Source of the DNA: Camelus ferus
Taxonomy: Eukaryota
Length of the DNA stretch: 64,000 nt
Direction: 5' to 3'
Assembly (NCBI RefSeq): GCF_009834535.1
Contig: NC_045698.1
Span: 10,790,001 to 10,854,000 of the forward strand
How positions within the stretch are numbered: position 1 is the stretch's first letter; each line of letters starts with the position of its first letter. The position numbers were made by a program, and so were the translations under genes. The notes under the pieces are model-generated. The model saw nothing but the letters and a program-made list of their open reading frames with translations. It ran no database searches and was not told the origin of the DNA. Positions 38,501 through 52,344 of the stretch are shown in pieces.

Positions 38501-41079
38501 GCACCCCTAGTGCATTCTGTAAAGCAAGTGGGAAATGAAACACATTCATCAGCCATTTTGACATTCTCTTTTTACTGGCATTCCGCTTTGTTCTTTAACA
38601 GAGGTTTTGAGTATATTTTTTAAACTGTATCACTGAGTCATTTGATTTTTATTTTCTGAGACATACCTGTAGATTTTCAAAAATATCATGTCTTGTTTCC
38701 CTAACTTCTCCCTTGACCTTAGTTGACCAGGCCTTTTGAAAGGCTTTTTTTTTTTTTTTTTTTCACTGTTTAGTTCAGCATCTTCTTACTCATCATTCTT
38801 GAGTCAAGACTTTGGGAACGGAGGGCATGAGAGGGACATGATTTCTGGGTTTTGTGCCAACGTTGCCATCTCTTGGCAACATTGAGGTCAAGACAAATGA
38901 TGTGGTGACCCAGACACTTTCTCATTTTTGAGGCCAGTGCTTTGTGTTTAATGTCTTATTATATCTAACGCCTGAGATTTCAAGCGTGTTGAGTATTTGT
39001 GGCTCTGCTCTGAGTTCCCAACCTCTGAAGAGAGCAATAAAAATAATTTAAAAAAATCAAAGCATCTTTTCTTCCACTCACTTGAAAGACGATGTGACAA
39101 TTGGAGAGTTTTCCTTTATGAGTAGACTCATACACAGACCTGTACGTTGGAGTTAAAGGGATAAAGCAGTTAGATCTGTGTCTACTATTTGCCTCGTGTC
39201 AGAATGACTCAAATAGCCCACATTCTTGCTCAGAAAGAATTCCACTCCCCCTTGAGCCTTGCTGTAGATTTCTGCTATTCAGTTCACTGCTGATTCCATG
39301 CACACATTTATGCCTCTAGTTTCCTGATGCACCAATAAATTCTCTTACAAAAGCCAGACCTATCTGATGGCTTATACATTAAGATCGTTTTAACCTACTT
39401 TTGTCCTAAGCTCTCAAATAATCTCCCACTGAAGACCAATTTTCCTTAAGTAGGTTTTGTAAGGTTTTCATGGAAAAATCAAATCGATATTTCACCACGA
39501 TTCCCCCTTGTCGTTGCACATTTTACCTGAACAGTCATGTATTTATTTAACTCATTGGATAGCAGACAAGGTAATTTGAATATAAAATTTTTAAATTTTA
39601 CATATTTCTTTCAGATAAAGATTTACAATGATGGACGTTTGTTATCTTTGTCAAAGAATAATCCTTGAATTTTTATTTCCAATGTATGCTCTTCATTTGG
39701 AAAATAGAGCCATTCAGAAAGCACATGCAATGGTTAATAATGGTGTTAGCATAACATTCAGAGTGATGGAGAGATTGTATGAATCACATGAGGATAACTG
39801 TGGGAGAAGGAGTTTGGAGAACTGAACTAGAGTTAGAGTGATGCCCCTGATCGAGTCTTTATAAAAGTTTCCTTTTTTGTAAAATAGAAAAATTGACAAC
39901 GTCAGCTTCCCAACATTGGACCATGTTACAGAAAGAGAAAAGGTAAACATGAGTTTTATTTTTTAAAAACAGGCATAGAACCAGAGTAATCTTCAGATGA
40001 ATTCAGTGGAACGAGCTCAGTGGCTTTTTTTTAAAAACAAAACAAAACAGGATCTTCTTGAAAAATATATCTAATACATGTGTTGTTGCTTTATTTTCTA
40101 GATTACTAGGTACAAAACATTTTTTGTGGGAAAAATCCTGTTGAATGAGACACAGGGGAGTGTCCGTTTAGTGGACGAGGCTCTGACACTTCTCCTGCCA
40201 AACGTTATCCCTCTGTTTCTTCCTTCATATTCATTAAGCAGATTCCTTCTGTTCCCCAAGGAAAGGTTGGATTCCTCAAGTTTGAAGTAAAAGCTGAAAA
40301 TAGAAGCAGAATGTAAAGGAAACTACAGGTGGACCATGCCACATGTTCTTGGCAATGAAAAAAAAAAAAGCAGATCTTCTAGGTGAAAGTAATTTTGATG
40401 GAGCAGAGTTTCTTTGGCAGCCGTCCTCATAACTGGATTTTAATTTTACTTCTTGACTTTTGGGTCATAGATGTTTTCAACAATAGATTCAGTTGGAATT
40501 GAATTAACAAACCATTGATATGAGTTCACGGGCTCTTTATGCAAAGAGGTCAGCCCCTGAAGTGCAGGTGAGTGACCCTTAGGTCAGCCCTGGTCTCTCT
40601 AAGGAGTAGGTTCAGGTGTCACCTGATACAAGACACCCAGCAGATCAGCACTTCCGGCCAATGTTGTAAAAGCCAAGAAAACGATTCTTAACTCAGAGAA
40701 GACTGCAGGATAGGCTGCTGTGTGTGGCATTTTGAAGAGTGTGAAAAAGGCCTTATCTACTACAATTTCTAGCATGTGGGGAAAAAAAAATGTAAGCTGT
40801 TCTTCCAAGTGACCTCTTTCAAAAGGAATGGAATTTAGATCCACATCCAAGATTAGTGAGAGGCACCAGAAAAAGCAGACTTCCTGTACCTTTTCTTTGG
40901 CTCGGTTAGAAACAACTCTTGCAACACTAAGGCTGGGCTGTGCTTTATTGTGGGCAATCGCTCTGCAGCTGAATTAACTTTCTTCTTGAAACCACAGAAG
41001 TGTCCAGATAGAATGTGTATCGACATAAAAAAGACATTAGCTCCCGTGACTCCTGTCATCTTGTTCTATTGTCTCTACT

Positions 41080-41286
41080 ACAGTGGTTTTATCCCCCCCG
41101 GGGACATTTGGCCATTGTCTGGAGACACTTTTGGTCGTCACAATCAGGGGGAGGAGGTCCTGCTGGCATTTAGTGGGTAGAGGCCAGGGAGGCTGCTAAA
41201 CATCCTGCGATGCACAGGACAGCTCCCCCCACCCCCGCAAAGTATCCATCCCAAATGCCAGCAGAGCTTCTGCCGAGAACCCTCGC
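41080..41286 (+). mobile_element. MER20 (hAT-Charlie)
   Basis: gggacatttggccattgtctggagacacttttggtcgtcac...gtgggtagaggccaggga..ctgctaaacatcct. Confidence 0.9.
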
Positions 41287-42299
41287 TTCCTTAGACACTT
41301 TTCTTCCATCCTTTACGCATCTCCTCCAGTAGCCAATTCAGTGACCACATAGGGAAATGGAGGATGCCAAACATGTTTTGCCACCACTAATGGGCTTACT
41401 ATTTATTATCAGGCTGCCTAAATTAATGTTAAGCAATAAACAAAAACAATTTGTTTAACAGCTTATCCTTTCTTTTTAAACCATCTTTAAAAAAAACTTA
41501 GAATCACAAATAGTAAAGAAAATGTAATATCAAATTTTGTTTAAAGTCCAAATGATCCTCATTAACATATGGACCAAAATCTAATTAAAATAAGATCTAA
41601 GATGCTACCCATAATTAGAGATAATTATGTTGTGTAGATCATTATTGCAAATAATGGCACTGAGAGTACTTTGGTGGCCAGTGCCATCCCCGGCTGTGTA
41701 CGGCTGCCCTGTCTGTCGGTGAAGGGATGCACCGGAGCAGGGGGATGGGGATGGGAGTCGGGGTGGGGTGAGGCACAGCCACAGCAGGACATTTTACTTC
41801 TACTCTCATGTTGCTTAAAATATTTGGGTGAATATTGCATTTTACTTCCCAATGTAAAGATAACACTTTAAATTGCTTATCTTTGGAAAAAAATGGATGC
41901 TCAAGGAAGGTAAACTCTGTATTGGGGCTTGGAGTAACTGAGCATATTAACATGCACTCCTGGGGGTAAACTCCTCTCAGTTTGAGAAGCACAATTACAA
42001 GGAGGGAAAACAATACAAGAAAAGGCAGAAGACTTGGATTCCAGTCCCAGCTTCCACACTTCATCCATTCATTTATCTATTCATCCAACAAATGCTTGTT
42101 GCTTGTCTACAAGGCACCAGGTACTATGACTCAGAGGTGAACAGGGTCCCCACTTTTTGTGGCAATCTGTCAGGAAAGACAAAACAGCGACAACAATGGA
42201 AATACCAATGATGAACATTTGCTGAACATTTGCTGTGCTTTGATTATTATAAGGGTTTATGTATATTACGAGTTCACTGAATTCCCACACCAAAATTTC

Positions 42300-42905
42300 A
42301 CCATTATTGGACTGGAGTTGGTGTCAAAGGAGTCTGAGGGGCACCTGTTCATAATCCAGAAACATCTTATTTCTACCTTCTGGATTTGCTTGAGCTCAGT
42401 CTTTTATACACCCTTATCAACCAGGACGCAGCCAGAAAAGAACCCGTAGAAGTTTATGGTGCTCATGCCACGTGGAGCTGGTTAAGCAGTCTCCGTAAGG
42501 CTGTTGTCCCTGCAGACGCACAGAGCTCGTAGTCAGGAAGGGAAGATCTCAAGTAGACTGAAACCTTGTGAGCGTGAGCTGAGACCTCGTGAAGACAAAC
42601 TGAAACCTCTGACTTTGATGACCCTTTATCATGGAAGTAAAACACACACATACCTGGCCCAGGACTCAGAGAAACTAAAGGAAGATGTAGAATAAGATGG
42701 AGTGTTTGCAGCGCCAGATGCTGCTTCATGTAACGAGGTGAGTCAACAGATGAGCAACAACTCGACGTGCATTACAAACAGCTGCACCTTCCTTTCAGCC
42801 CTCGAAATGTCTCAAGAATCTCCCTTGTGACCCTCTGTAACCAGAAACATACACGAAAGGGAATTCTGGGAAGTGTGCTCAGCCTAGTCCAGTTGACATC
42901 TTACA
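42300..42905 (-). mobile_element. Probable ERVL-class LTR
   Basis: Minus strand begins tgtaagatgtcaactggactaggctgagcacacttcccagaattccc; left boundary uncertain. Confidence 0.45.
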
Positions 42906-43079
42906 AAGCTATGATAACATCATTTCCATTTGATGATAGATCCCTGCACACCCAAACTTATGACTATTAGGTCAGACAACACTTGGTTCATGATGGGAAG
43001 TTCTGGATCCACGATCACCTTATGTACCAAGGTGAGGTCTTCAGTCTGTAACAAGACCCACTATCAAGTCAGAAGCATT

Positions 43080-44490
43080 TTCTCAAAAAAAGAAGAGTTC
43101 AGATCTCTGATTTATCACATTATCTCTTCATATGAAATGTATCTTAATGTAGACTTTCTGTTTTTTTATATTATCTATGTTTTTTCACTTACCAAGACCA
43201 ACACACAGTCACCATATTATATTAGCTGGTGGAACTTTATAGCTTGTTTTGATATTTGTAGGTGAAATCCCTCTTATTGTTCTTAAAAAAATTTTTTTTG
43301 TTCTTTTTTATTCAACATTTTTGTCTTCTACTTTATAATTAACTTTTCAAATTCAATAAAAGGTCTGTTGGAATTTTGATTTACATTGCACTAAATTTTT
43401 CTAATTCAATGGGTTTTTTGAACTCTTGCAAGCAGCCTTCATATTTTAGGTTCTTATTTCATGCCTTCTTTTCTTTTTGTCCTCCTGTACCAAATTCTGA
43501 GAGAACTTTTCAGCTCAATCCTTCAATTTAGTAATTTATTCCTCAGGGGTGCCTCTTTGGATATTGGGCTATTTTGATAATCATGTTCTTTTACTTCCAA
43601 GATATCTAGTTGGTTATTTGTCAAAAATAACTCATTTTTATTTCATAGATGAGATAGCCTTTTGTATATCTCTGAGGTTATTAATTATATTTCATTTAAA
43701 GTCCCCTCTTTTTGGTTCTACTGTGCATGCTTTTCTATTTGCTTCCTTTTGTTCCTTTCTGTCAGAGTATTATTTTTCTTTAAATATTTTCTTTGTTTTG
43801 CTCATGCGCTCATTTAAAAGCTTGAGATTCCCCATTGACACATGTGTAACTGTGTTTCTGTTGGTTGCAGCCTGCCTCCAGTGATTCTGGAGGAGGAAAG
43901 AAGACGAGCTCCCTGGTGGAGCACTTGATTACTCTGTCTTTCGGGCATGGGGGCTTCCTGTTTCTTCTGTTTGTCAGAAGTTACTCTCCTAGTGCCAACA
44001 GTACCAACTTGAGCATTCAAACTAACTGCTACAGTTCAGGAGAAAATACTTCCTTGGCACTGAATTGGAGGTGTGAAGTAAAGAGACAGTGAAGGCAGGA
44101 TGGCCCCACCAGGCTGCTCTATACGCTCCAAATGTGATTCTGTAACCATGATGGCTTCCCAGCTCCCTGTCACCACCACCTCCATGCTTAGAGCACACCC
44201 AGATCTGCTTTGATTTTTCATAGCTGCCCTGTTCTGGGTTGAATTTTGGGCTCCTGTTACTCCATTAAACCAGCCTCACTTGCCTTCCATCTTTTGGGAA
44301 TTAGCCACATTTCTGGTGTCCTGATATGTATTTTTTCTATATACAAGCAATTATTATACAAGCTGTGGTAAGCAATTATTCTCTTGTACACACACATGCG
44401 CACACACACATTTTCCCAGTTTCCCATATTTCTGGGAAATCTGGGATAGGGGAGGAAGCTGTCTCTGCTCAGTCTGCCATCTTGATCTAA
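43080..44490 (-). mobile_element. Highly decayed L1ME-type fragments including 5' end
   Basis: T-rich L1-like text; ends with ctcagtctgccatcttg (YY1-site L1 5' terminus). Confidence 0.5.
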
Positions 44491-45719
44491 TTTGATCTGA
44501 TGTTCTTCATGTGAATTTAGGTTGTTGCCTTTTGTGGTTCTATAATGCCTCTAACCCCCACGTCCCCGAGTTGTCCCAGGACTGTTCACGTCAGATGAAA
44601 TATTCACAGCCTCGCAGCTTAAAAGCACTAGAGATAAAGCTACTGGAACATAATGACTCATAGTAATGAGGTTTCATTTGAAGGTAATATGAACAACTGG
44701 GGACTTGCGTCTTTGCTGTCTGAATTCTGGAGTGATTTCACATTGGAAAGCAGGAGGCTGTGGCTGGTTCCTTGGCTTTTGTTCACAGACTCTCCAGCAC
44801 TGTCTGCTTGATGGATGTGTTTTCTCATCGCTGGTGATAATTCTATAGGGGGCGATTCACTTGCAAACGGGGGCGAAAGCAGTCCATTTCCCTCCTTCTG
44901 CTCGCTCATGCTCGTTCACTTTGCTATTTGCTCCCAATGTCCATTTCCTTTACTCAATAAATCATGTTTTGATGAGAAAAAAGTACAAAATATTAGTCAT
45001 GTGAGGATTTGGATCATATTTAATTTAGCACCAATGAAAAAGTTTTCTCTTTAATCCAGTAGCTGTCTGGAGCCAGCGACGGTTCTGTCCATGCACCAGC
45101 TGAAGGCCAGACAGCTAGCTCCCAAACCAGCTCGGGGCTCAAAGGATTCATGCTAAATTCATGTATGGGCTGCGACTCTAAGCCTGGGGGTTCAACTGTA
45201 AATCAGGAATGACTCTAAGTAACAATAACTTTGCTAAATCCAATCTTCTTCTTCTTTCTATGGACTTCTCTCTTCTTTCACTTTTCTATTCTTTTATTGC
45301 TGAACAGACCACCTTGGGTTCCATGCTACACTCACACCTCAGGTTAAGAGGCCCCAGGGAGCTGTGAGAGCACCCAGCTGCCCCATCACTTCCATAGAGA
45401 AGGAATGGATGGACTCTTCCTTGGGTATTAAAGCCATCCCTGCATATCAGTGACCAAGTGACAGAGCTGTCACTTGCTCATCTCCATCTTAGGTCTTGCC
45501 TACATGCACAATTAATCAAAGAATAGGCTGATCACAATGGTTAGACTGGTGTGTGTTTGTGTGTGTGTATGCATATGTATGTGTATGTGTGCCTGTGTGT
45601 TCAGACTTGAGTTAAGGAAGTGAGAGGTGAAGCTGTGAAACAAGAGTGTATTCATATTTATGTTGACCAGTCTGTCATCTGTAGGACTAAGACCCTGGGG
45701 CCAATAGCAGACAGGCTCT

Positions 45720-46135
45720 GAGGTTAAGTCTCAGATTGGGTTCTCCAGAAGTGGTAGCCGACAAGGAGTTTGGGGTGCAAGATTTTATTAGGAATCAGCA
45801 GCTATGAAATGAAAGGGAAGGAGGAAAGAGTGAAACAGTGCTATAAACCTGAGAAATCTTGCTCAACCTTGCAGGCCCCCTGAGGGGAGAACTCCCATCA
45901 GTGTTGTCCTTATCAGGTCAAAATGGTGATGTCTTCATACCCCTGCCTTGCTCAGTTGCTGGGCCTTGGTTGACCAAAAACAGGTGGAACCTGGGGTGTG
46001 GAGGCTCTGAGCAGCTAGGCAGAACCCAAAGGAGCCGACAGTGGAGGCTGTCTGCTCACTGTACTCCCTGAAAATGAGAGCAAGTCCTTCTTTGAAGGGC
46101 CGTCTGTTCAGCACATCCTCGTGTCTGCCTCAGGT
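45720..46135 (-). mobile_element. ERVL-class LTR (LTR16-like)
   Basis: gattgggttctccagaag...gagtttggggtgcaagattttattagg. Confidence 0.55.
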
Positions 46136-46414
46136 AGAGTAGCCAATGGGGAGAACATTGCCTTGGAAAGAGAGAAAGTATAGGTACCCCAACTTTTTCT
46201 GGAGGTAGTGGAAGGGATCACAAGGGTGGGACAAATATGAGTTCTTGAATTTCAGTTATTTCTCAGTCCTCTTTTTTTTGATCAGTTTCCAAGGAAGAAA
46301 AAGGTTATAGTAGGAAGCAAGTCACGTGAAAGAATTATACTATTTTAAGCCTCATTAAAAAAACGGATAAGAGACAGCTGTGATTTTGGCCTGAGAGAAG
46401 AATTCAGAAGAGAT

Positions 46415-46961
46415 GTACCAGAGACTGAATATACAAATGGCCCGTGGCCATGTTATAAATACACATAAAAACAGAACTCTGATCCAACTGACTCGGGAAA
46501 GCACCCCAGGGTAAACAGCCCAGGAAGCCAGCGTGCTATCTATGTCAGACTTGTAGGAAGTCAGACCACTATCTAGAGATAGTGGCACCACTTGAGGAAG
46601 CCAAACAATAACTCCTGTAGTGATCAACCCCAAATGGCCAGGACTTGATTAATAACTGACAGCCCTCTGAATTTTTGTCCCAGCTTCCAACTTGGAATTA
46701 ACCAAAGAAAGCCAAATGTGCACCCCTGACCAACCCCACAGGGTGTCCTGCTTTGCCTTAGCTCCCCTCCAGTTTCCCCAGGCCAACAGCCTCCAAGCAG
46801 GGCCGTCCCTGTTTCCCACTATGAAGTCTTCCCACTCCTCTGCCTGCCGTTGAGTCTCTGCCAAAACAGAAGTGGTGGCGAATGACTCCCATGCTATAGA
46901 GCAAGCTCTGAGTCGATAGCCTTGCTTGTTCTCATGTGGGTGGTCTTCATTTATTTCCACT
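46415..46961 (+). mobile_element. ERV1-class solo LTR (MER89/MER90-like)
   Basis: tgtaccagagactgaatatacaaatggcc...caggacttgattaataactgacag...ctatagagcaagctctga...tttatttccac. Confidence 0.65.
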
Positions 46962-47515
46962 GGAGGGAAGGCTAACAGACTGTCAGGGGATCAGGGGAGT
47001 CCTGAGAAGCAGCAAGACCAGCATCTACCTTTCAGAGTCAGGACTCGGAGTGAGGGGCTTCTGAGAACCATGTAGGAAACTTCTCTGAACCAGAGCAGAG
47101 GGCTTAGGGGCTGTCAGTCTGGCAATCATGGTGCAGGAACTGAGCCCCAGAATCTCCTCGTATTTTAAATACACTATTGCCCCCCAAATGCTACCATCTG
47201 GGAAAAAGTGGGACATAGCTCGCAACCAACATCTGACTGAATATTTACTGAGTGCTGAATATGCCAGGCTCAGTGCTAGGCACAGGGGACAAAATAATGA
47301 ACAAAAGAGAAATCTCACAGGCTTTATTTTCTCCACATACAGTGCCCAGCACTAGTAAACATTTAATACTATTTTTGCAATGTCATATAAAAAATCAGAT
47401 TGATAGAAATGTGCATTAGAGTGGCTTTGAGGAGAAATTGCCTGATTGAAAATCCTAAACCATACAAGTAGATGCCTGAAGGAAAAAATGCTTTCAGAAT
47501 CTAGTCCTAACTCTG

Positions 47516-47527
47516 GTGTGTGTGTAC

Positions 47528-47565
<38 letters not shown>
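47516..47565. repeat. (TG)n microsatellite
   Basis: Directly visible. Confidence 0.95.
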
Positions 47566-47567
<2 letters not shown>

Positions 47568-47653
47568 CACACACTTGGATGCTACCTTGGGCTACTGAGC
47601 ATTTCTAAGCCTCAATGTCTTCATATAAAAATGTGATTAATAATAAGTCTCTT

Positions 47654-48487
47654 AATGCAAATCAAAACTACAAAGAGTCTTCACAGCAGACTTCACAGCA
47701 GAATGGTCATCATTAAAAGGCCCACAAATGATAAATGCTGGAGATGGTGTGGAGACAAGGGAACCCTCCTGCATGTTGGTGGGAATGTAGTTTGGTGCAG
47801 CTGTTGTGGAAAACAGCATGGAGGTTCCTCAAAAGACTAAAAGTAGACTTAGTGTATGATCCAGCAATACCACTCCTGGGCATATATCCAGAAGGAACTT
47901 TAATTCAAAAAGATACATGCACCCCAATGTTCATAGCAGTGCTGTTTACAATAGCCAAGACATGGAAACAACCTAAATGTCCATCAACAGATGACTGGAT
48001 AAAGAAATTATGGTATATTTATACAATGGGATACTACTCAGCCATAAAAAGAGTAAAATAATGCCATTTGCAGCAATATGGATGGACCTGGAAACCATCA
48101 TTCTAAGTGAAATAAACCAGAAAGAAAAAAAATGATATCATTTATAAGTAGAATCTAAAAAAAGACAAATGAACGTATTTACAAAACAGAAACAGACTCA
48201 CAGACATAGAAAACAAACTTATGGTTATTGTGGGGGGAAGGGATAAATTGGGAGTTTGAGATTTGCAGATACTAACTACTATATATAAAACAGCTAAACA
48301 ACAAGTTTCTTCTGTGTAGCACAGGGAACTGTATTCAATATCTTATAGTAACCTATAACGAAAAAGAATATGAAGAAAAATATATGTATATATATGTATA
48401 ACTGAACTATTATGCTGGACACCAGAAATTGACACAACATTGTAAACTGACTATACTTCAATAAAAAATAAAGAAAGAAAAAAAATT
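47654..48487 (+). mobile_element. 5'-truncated L1 inserted in a MIR
   Basis: [14 protein letters not shown]...[23 protein letters not shown] (ORF 47735-48061); TSD aata(ag/ga)tctctt at 47642-47653 and 48488-48499. Confidence 0.95.
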
Positions 48488-49543
48488 AATAGATCTCTTT
48501 TCTCTCAAAGATTTGAATAAAATGATAAAGTAAATATAGATGTGCAAAAGAATTTGCAGATACTGTTAATTCCCTCTCTCCCATCACCTAATGCAGAGCT
48601 TGGGGAAGAGTGTGTGCATGTAAATATTTCCAGGGCCAATTCTCCTTAGATTCCAGTGTGTGACAGTCACAACCCTACAATCGGATCCGATTCATGTCTC
48701 TCCCTGCCATGATGGTTTCTTGTCTTCCTGGCCTCTTTCTTTGCCGAATTCCTGTCACTCTTGGGTTCAGTGTCCCTTGGACAGGAGGGTGATATGACTG
48801 AGACAGGATCACTGGATTGGTGTGGTTGGCCAGATGGGGTCTGCTTCCCTTCTAATTTCCTTGTGCCTCCCTCCACAGCTTGACCCTGAGTGGAAGAATG
48901 TAGTGTTTCCCAAGGCAAAGGGCCATTCTTGGGGCCAGGGTATAGAAGGAGATACAACCCCCAGCTTGAATCACAAAGCAGTCTCTTGCCCGCAAGACTT
49001 CAAGAGCCTCAAACTGGTCTCTCGGAATCCACTCTGCATCTTTCTAACTCATCCTGCCCAGAGTTGCCAGCTTTGAAAATATAAAGCTGTTCACATCACA
49101 CCCCTGTTCAAAATGGTTTAATGACTGCTGGCTGTTCTTATCAGACCAAGCCACCAGGGAATTCTAAAATTCAACCTGATGTTACTTTAATGTCTGTAAA
49201 AATTGTGGTTCTAAAAGAGAGGGAGAATAGGACAAGAACAGAGGGCAGACTGAAGCAGTATATAGACTTGTTAAACGCAATTAAGTGGAGAAGCCAGTTG
49301 GATGGGGGTAATAGATTGAACTGACGTGCAAATTCGGTAATAACTGTGACTCAGTTTCCAGTCATAAAAAGGACGACAGAACAGGACTTGGCTTGGCAGT
49401 AAGAGTGGGAAGAAGAATTTCCTTGGAAGTCTGCAGCTTTGGATATGGTAACACCCAAGACTTGGTCTGGTTATTAAGCATTCTCAGTATGCCAAGAAAT
49501 CTTAAATAGTCCCCTGGGAAAGCAAGCTCAAAATTGTTTGTGG

Positions 49544-50033
49544 TGGCAGGATTTCTTCTTTTTTATGGCTGAATACCATTTGCAACAACATGGATGAACC
49601 TGGAGGACATTATGCTAAGTGAAATAAGCCAGACAGAGAAAGGCAAATAATGTATGATCTCATTCAGATACAGAATCTTAAAAAAAAAAAGTCAAACTCA
49701 TAGAAACGGACACTGGAATGGTAGCTACGAGGGGCTGGGGGAGACGGGGGGATGTTGTTCAAAAGCGTACCAACTTCCAGTTTTAAGACGAGTAAGTTCT
49801 GGGGAGTCTAATGTTCAGCATGGTGATACAATATTGTATCATATACTTGATATTTGCTGAGAGGGAAGATCTTAAGATTCTCACCACACATACAAAGAAG
49901 CAAACTATGTGAAATGATGGATGTGTTTATTGACTTGACTGTGGTGGTCATTCCACAGTGTACACCAAATCATCACATATACCTTGAATATGTACAGTTT
50001 TATTTGTCAATTATATCTCAATAAACCTGGCTA
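49544..50033 (+). mobile_element. L1MA-type 3' end with short 5' inversion
   Basis: 49544-49575 is antisense L1, 49576 onward is sense; TSD aa(a/g)attgtttg. Confidence 0.88.
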
Positions 50034-50636
50034 AAGATTGTTTGAGATGACACAGTTTTTCCCTTAGCAGATAAGCCCCTTCAACTCCAGGGAGGTTTAG
50101 GATTCAGTACAGATATGAAGAAAATAAAAACTCATAGTAGTTAGTCCGTTTGTTAGACTAAGTGTCTGTAATATTTAAGAATATTTGACATATTAAAGTG
50201 TCAATAGCTTAACCATGTGGTTTCAGTTAAAATATGATAATGAATGGTTATTTTAGGTTTGTGATTAATGTGAAATCACACCAAGCTTATACATGTTATT
50301 GGGACATTTAAGAGAGTTGAAGAATCATTGTATTTCAGTGCATTTTCACTAACTACTTAAGTACTTAGGAAAAGTTGTCAGACAATTGCAAAATTCAAGA
50401 AAATCAGATACTACATTTGTAAATACAGTGTAAGGTGTTTCCAGGCAACAAATTGAGCTTGTGAGATCAAACAAGACCCCTTAAGTGATTATTACAATTT
50501 GCTAGTCTTTGAAATTGAACAATACATTTTTTTTAAAGCTTAAAGTAGCACTAAGTGTATGACCTGTAACTTTGATAAGTGCAGTATTAATTTAAAAATG
50601 AAGTACACTCATTTTTTGTCAAAACTTCTCATTTCT

Positions 50637-50804
50637 GGGGGAGGGTTGAGCTCAGCAGTAGAGCTCATGCTTAACATGCACAAGGTCCTGGATTCAATCC
50701 CCGTACCTGCATTAAATAAACAAATAAATAGACCTAATTACTGCTCCTAAACACTAAAAAAACAAAAAACAAAAAACAAAAAACAAAACTTAAAAAACTG
50801 AAAA
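50637..50804 (+). mobile_element. Full-length tRNA-derived SINE (Vic-1-like, camelid)
   Basis: ggggga..gagctcagcagtagagc (A box), ggattcaatccc (B box), A-rich tail, 16-bp TSD aaaa(c/a)ttct(c/t)atttct at 50621-50636 and 50805-50820. Confidence 0.85.
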
Positions 50805-50849
50805 AAAAATTCTTATTTCTAAGCTATTAGAATAAACTCTTATAAATTC

Positions 50850-51360
50850 CCCAGCAATGTCTTTCGGGCCCTGCCCAGTCTGGTTGCACTGGGATACCAT
50901 TTACATCTCCTGTTCCTGTCCTTCCCTGTAAACATGCTCCAGGTAGGCACATGGCCCCATTTATTTACTTACTTTTCAAACACACTGAGTCCTTCCCTAC
51001 CTTCTGGCCTTTGCACTTGCTGTTTGATCCATGTGCAGAGCCTTCCCTAGGACACAAGGTGGTTCACTGTCATCCTTCCAAGCTCACTGGAGCCATCTTT
51101 CTGGAAGTGAGGTCATGGCAAGGTCATCCAATTTACCCTATGTGAGCTGGCCTCTGTTCTTTGGATCCAATCACTTTATTTCTTTCAGATGAATCATCTC
51201 AATTTTTAATGATTTAAAATGATTACATTATTTGTTTCCTTTGATCACTCTCCCCCAGTAGAGTGTACTTACCATGAGAGCCGGAGGTTTGTCTCATTTA
51301 CAGCTGACTTTGGCAGATAGGAGGTGTTAAATAATATTTTTTGAATAAATGATTGAAATG
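50850..51360 (+). mobile_element. L2 3' region
   Basis: ggcctttgcacttgctgtt...aataatattttttgaataaatga. Confidence 0.65.
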
Positions 51361-52344
51361 TATGTCTATACTTATAGCAAAGACAGGCTCATTCTATCTC
51401 TTCAGGAACTTCTTTTCCTCATCCAACAATGACTGAATACTTTTCTCCAAGTTAAATATTTCTATGTTCTTCATAATTACTAAAGACTATATAATATACC
51501 ATTATAAATGGATACATTCTTGTTGGAAGAATGATGAGCAGAAGTTTTAAATTTTAATGAAGTCTAATCTACCACTTAAAAAATAGAGAAATAGAGAAAA
51601 AAGAATATATTTAAAATAATTGATCCCCAAGGAAGAAAAAATACTTAAAAATCCCTTATTTTAAGAATCAGAAAAAGATGTTAGAAAATCCTCTAACATC
51701 CTCTCTTCAAAAGGACACTGGAGGAATTCATTGTTATGTAACAAAGACAGTAATTATCAGGAAAAAAAGGCAGAGTTTAAGAAAAAGCAGGATAATATGA
51801 AAGTAGATATAAAAGAGAAAAGAAAATTTTAACGAACTAAATCTATAATACCACACTTAAAATTCAAATAGGCACTGTAGAAAATAAAATTTAGAAGCCT
51901 TTAAAGAAAAAGACCAAGTTGAGGAAATAATGACATAGAAAATCACAAATAGAGACATCCAACATAAAAATTATAGGAGTAAATCAGAATAACTGGAACA
52001 TAGCTTCCATATAGGAGAGACAATAAAGATTATTTTCTTAAATGTTCTCACTCTATTTCAGATTAAATAACTGAAGAGAAATACATACCTAGAGAAATCC
52101 TGATTAAAATTTTGAACTGCGTAGATGGAGGAAAAAAATTACCCAAGATTCCAATAGAAAAGTATTACTTTTCTGCAAATCTAAAGACTATAGACAGTGG
52201 GGAGAAATCTACAGGAAAACTGTGTGATCAAATAGTTTTATGCATGGAGAAGTTGTCTCTCATAGGAAAGGCATGAGAAATACACTATCAGGTATGCAAG
52301 CTTTCAAAATATAAATGAAGAACTCAAGAATGTGGATGTCATAT

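Noticed and set aside
50637..50710. tRNA-Ala-like gene
   Set aside because: Degenerate stems, A-rich tail and TSD identify it as a SINE
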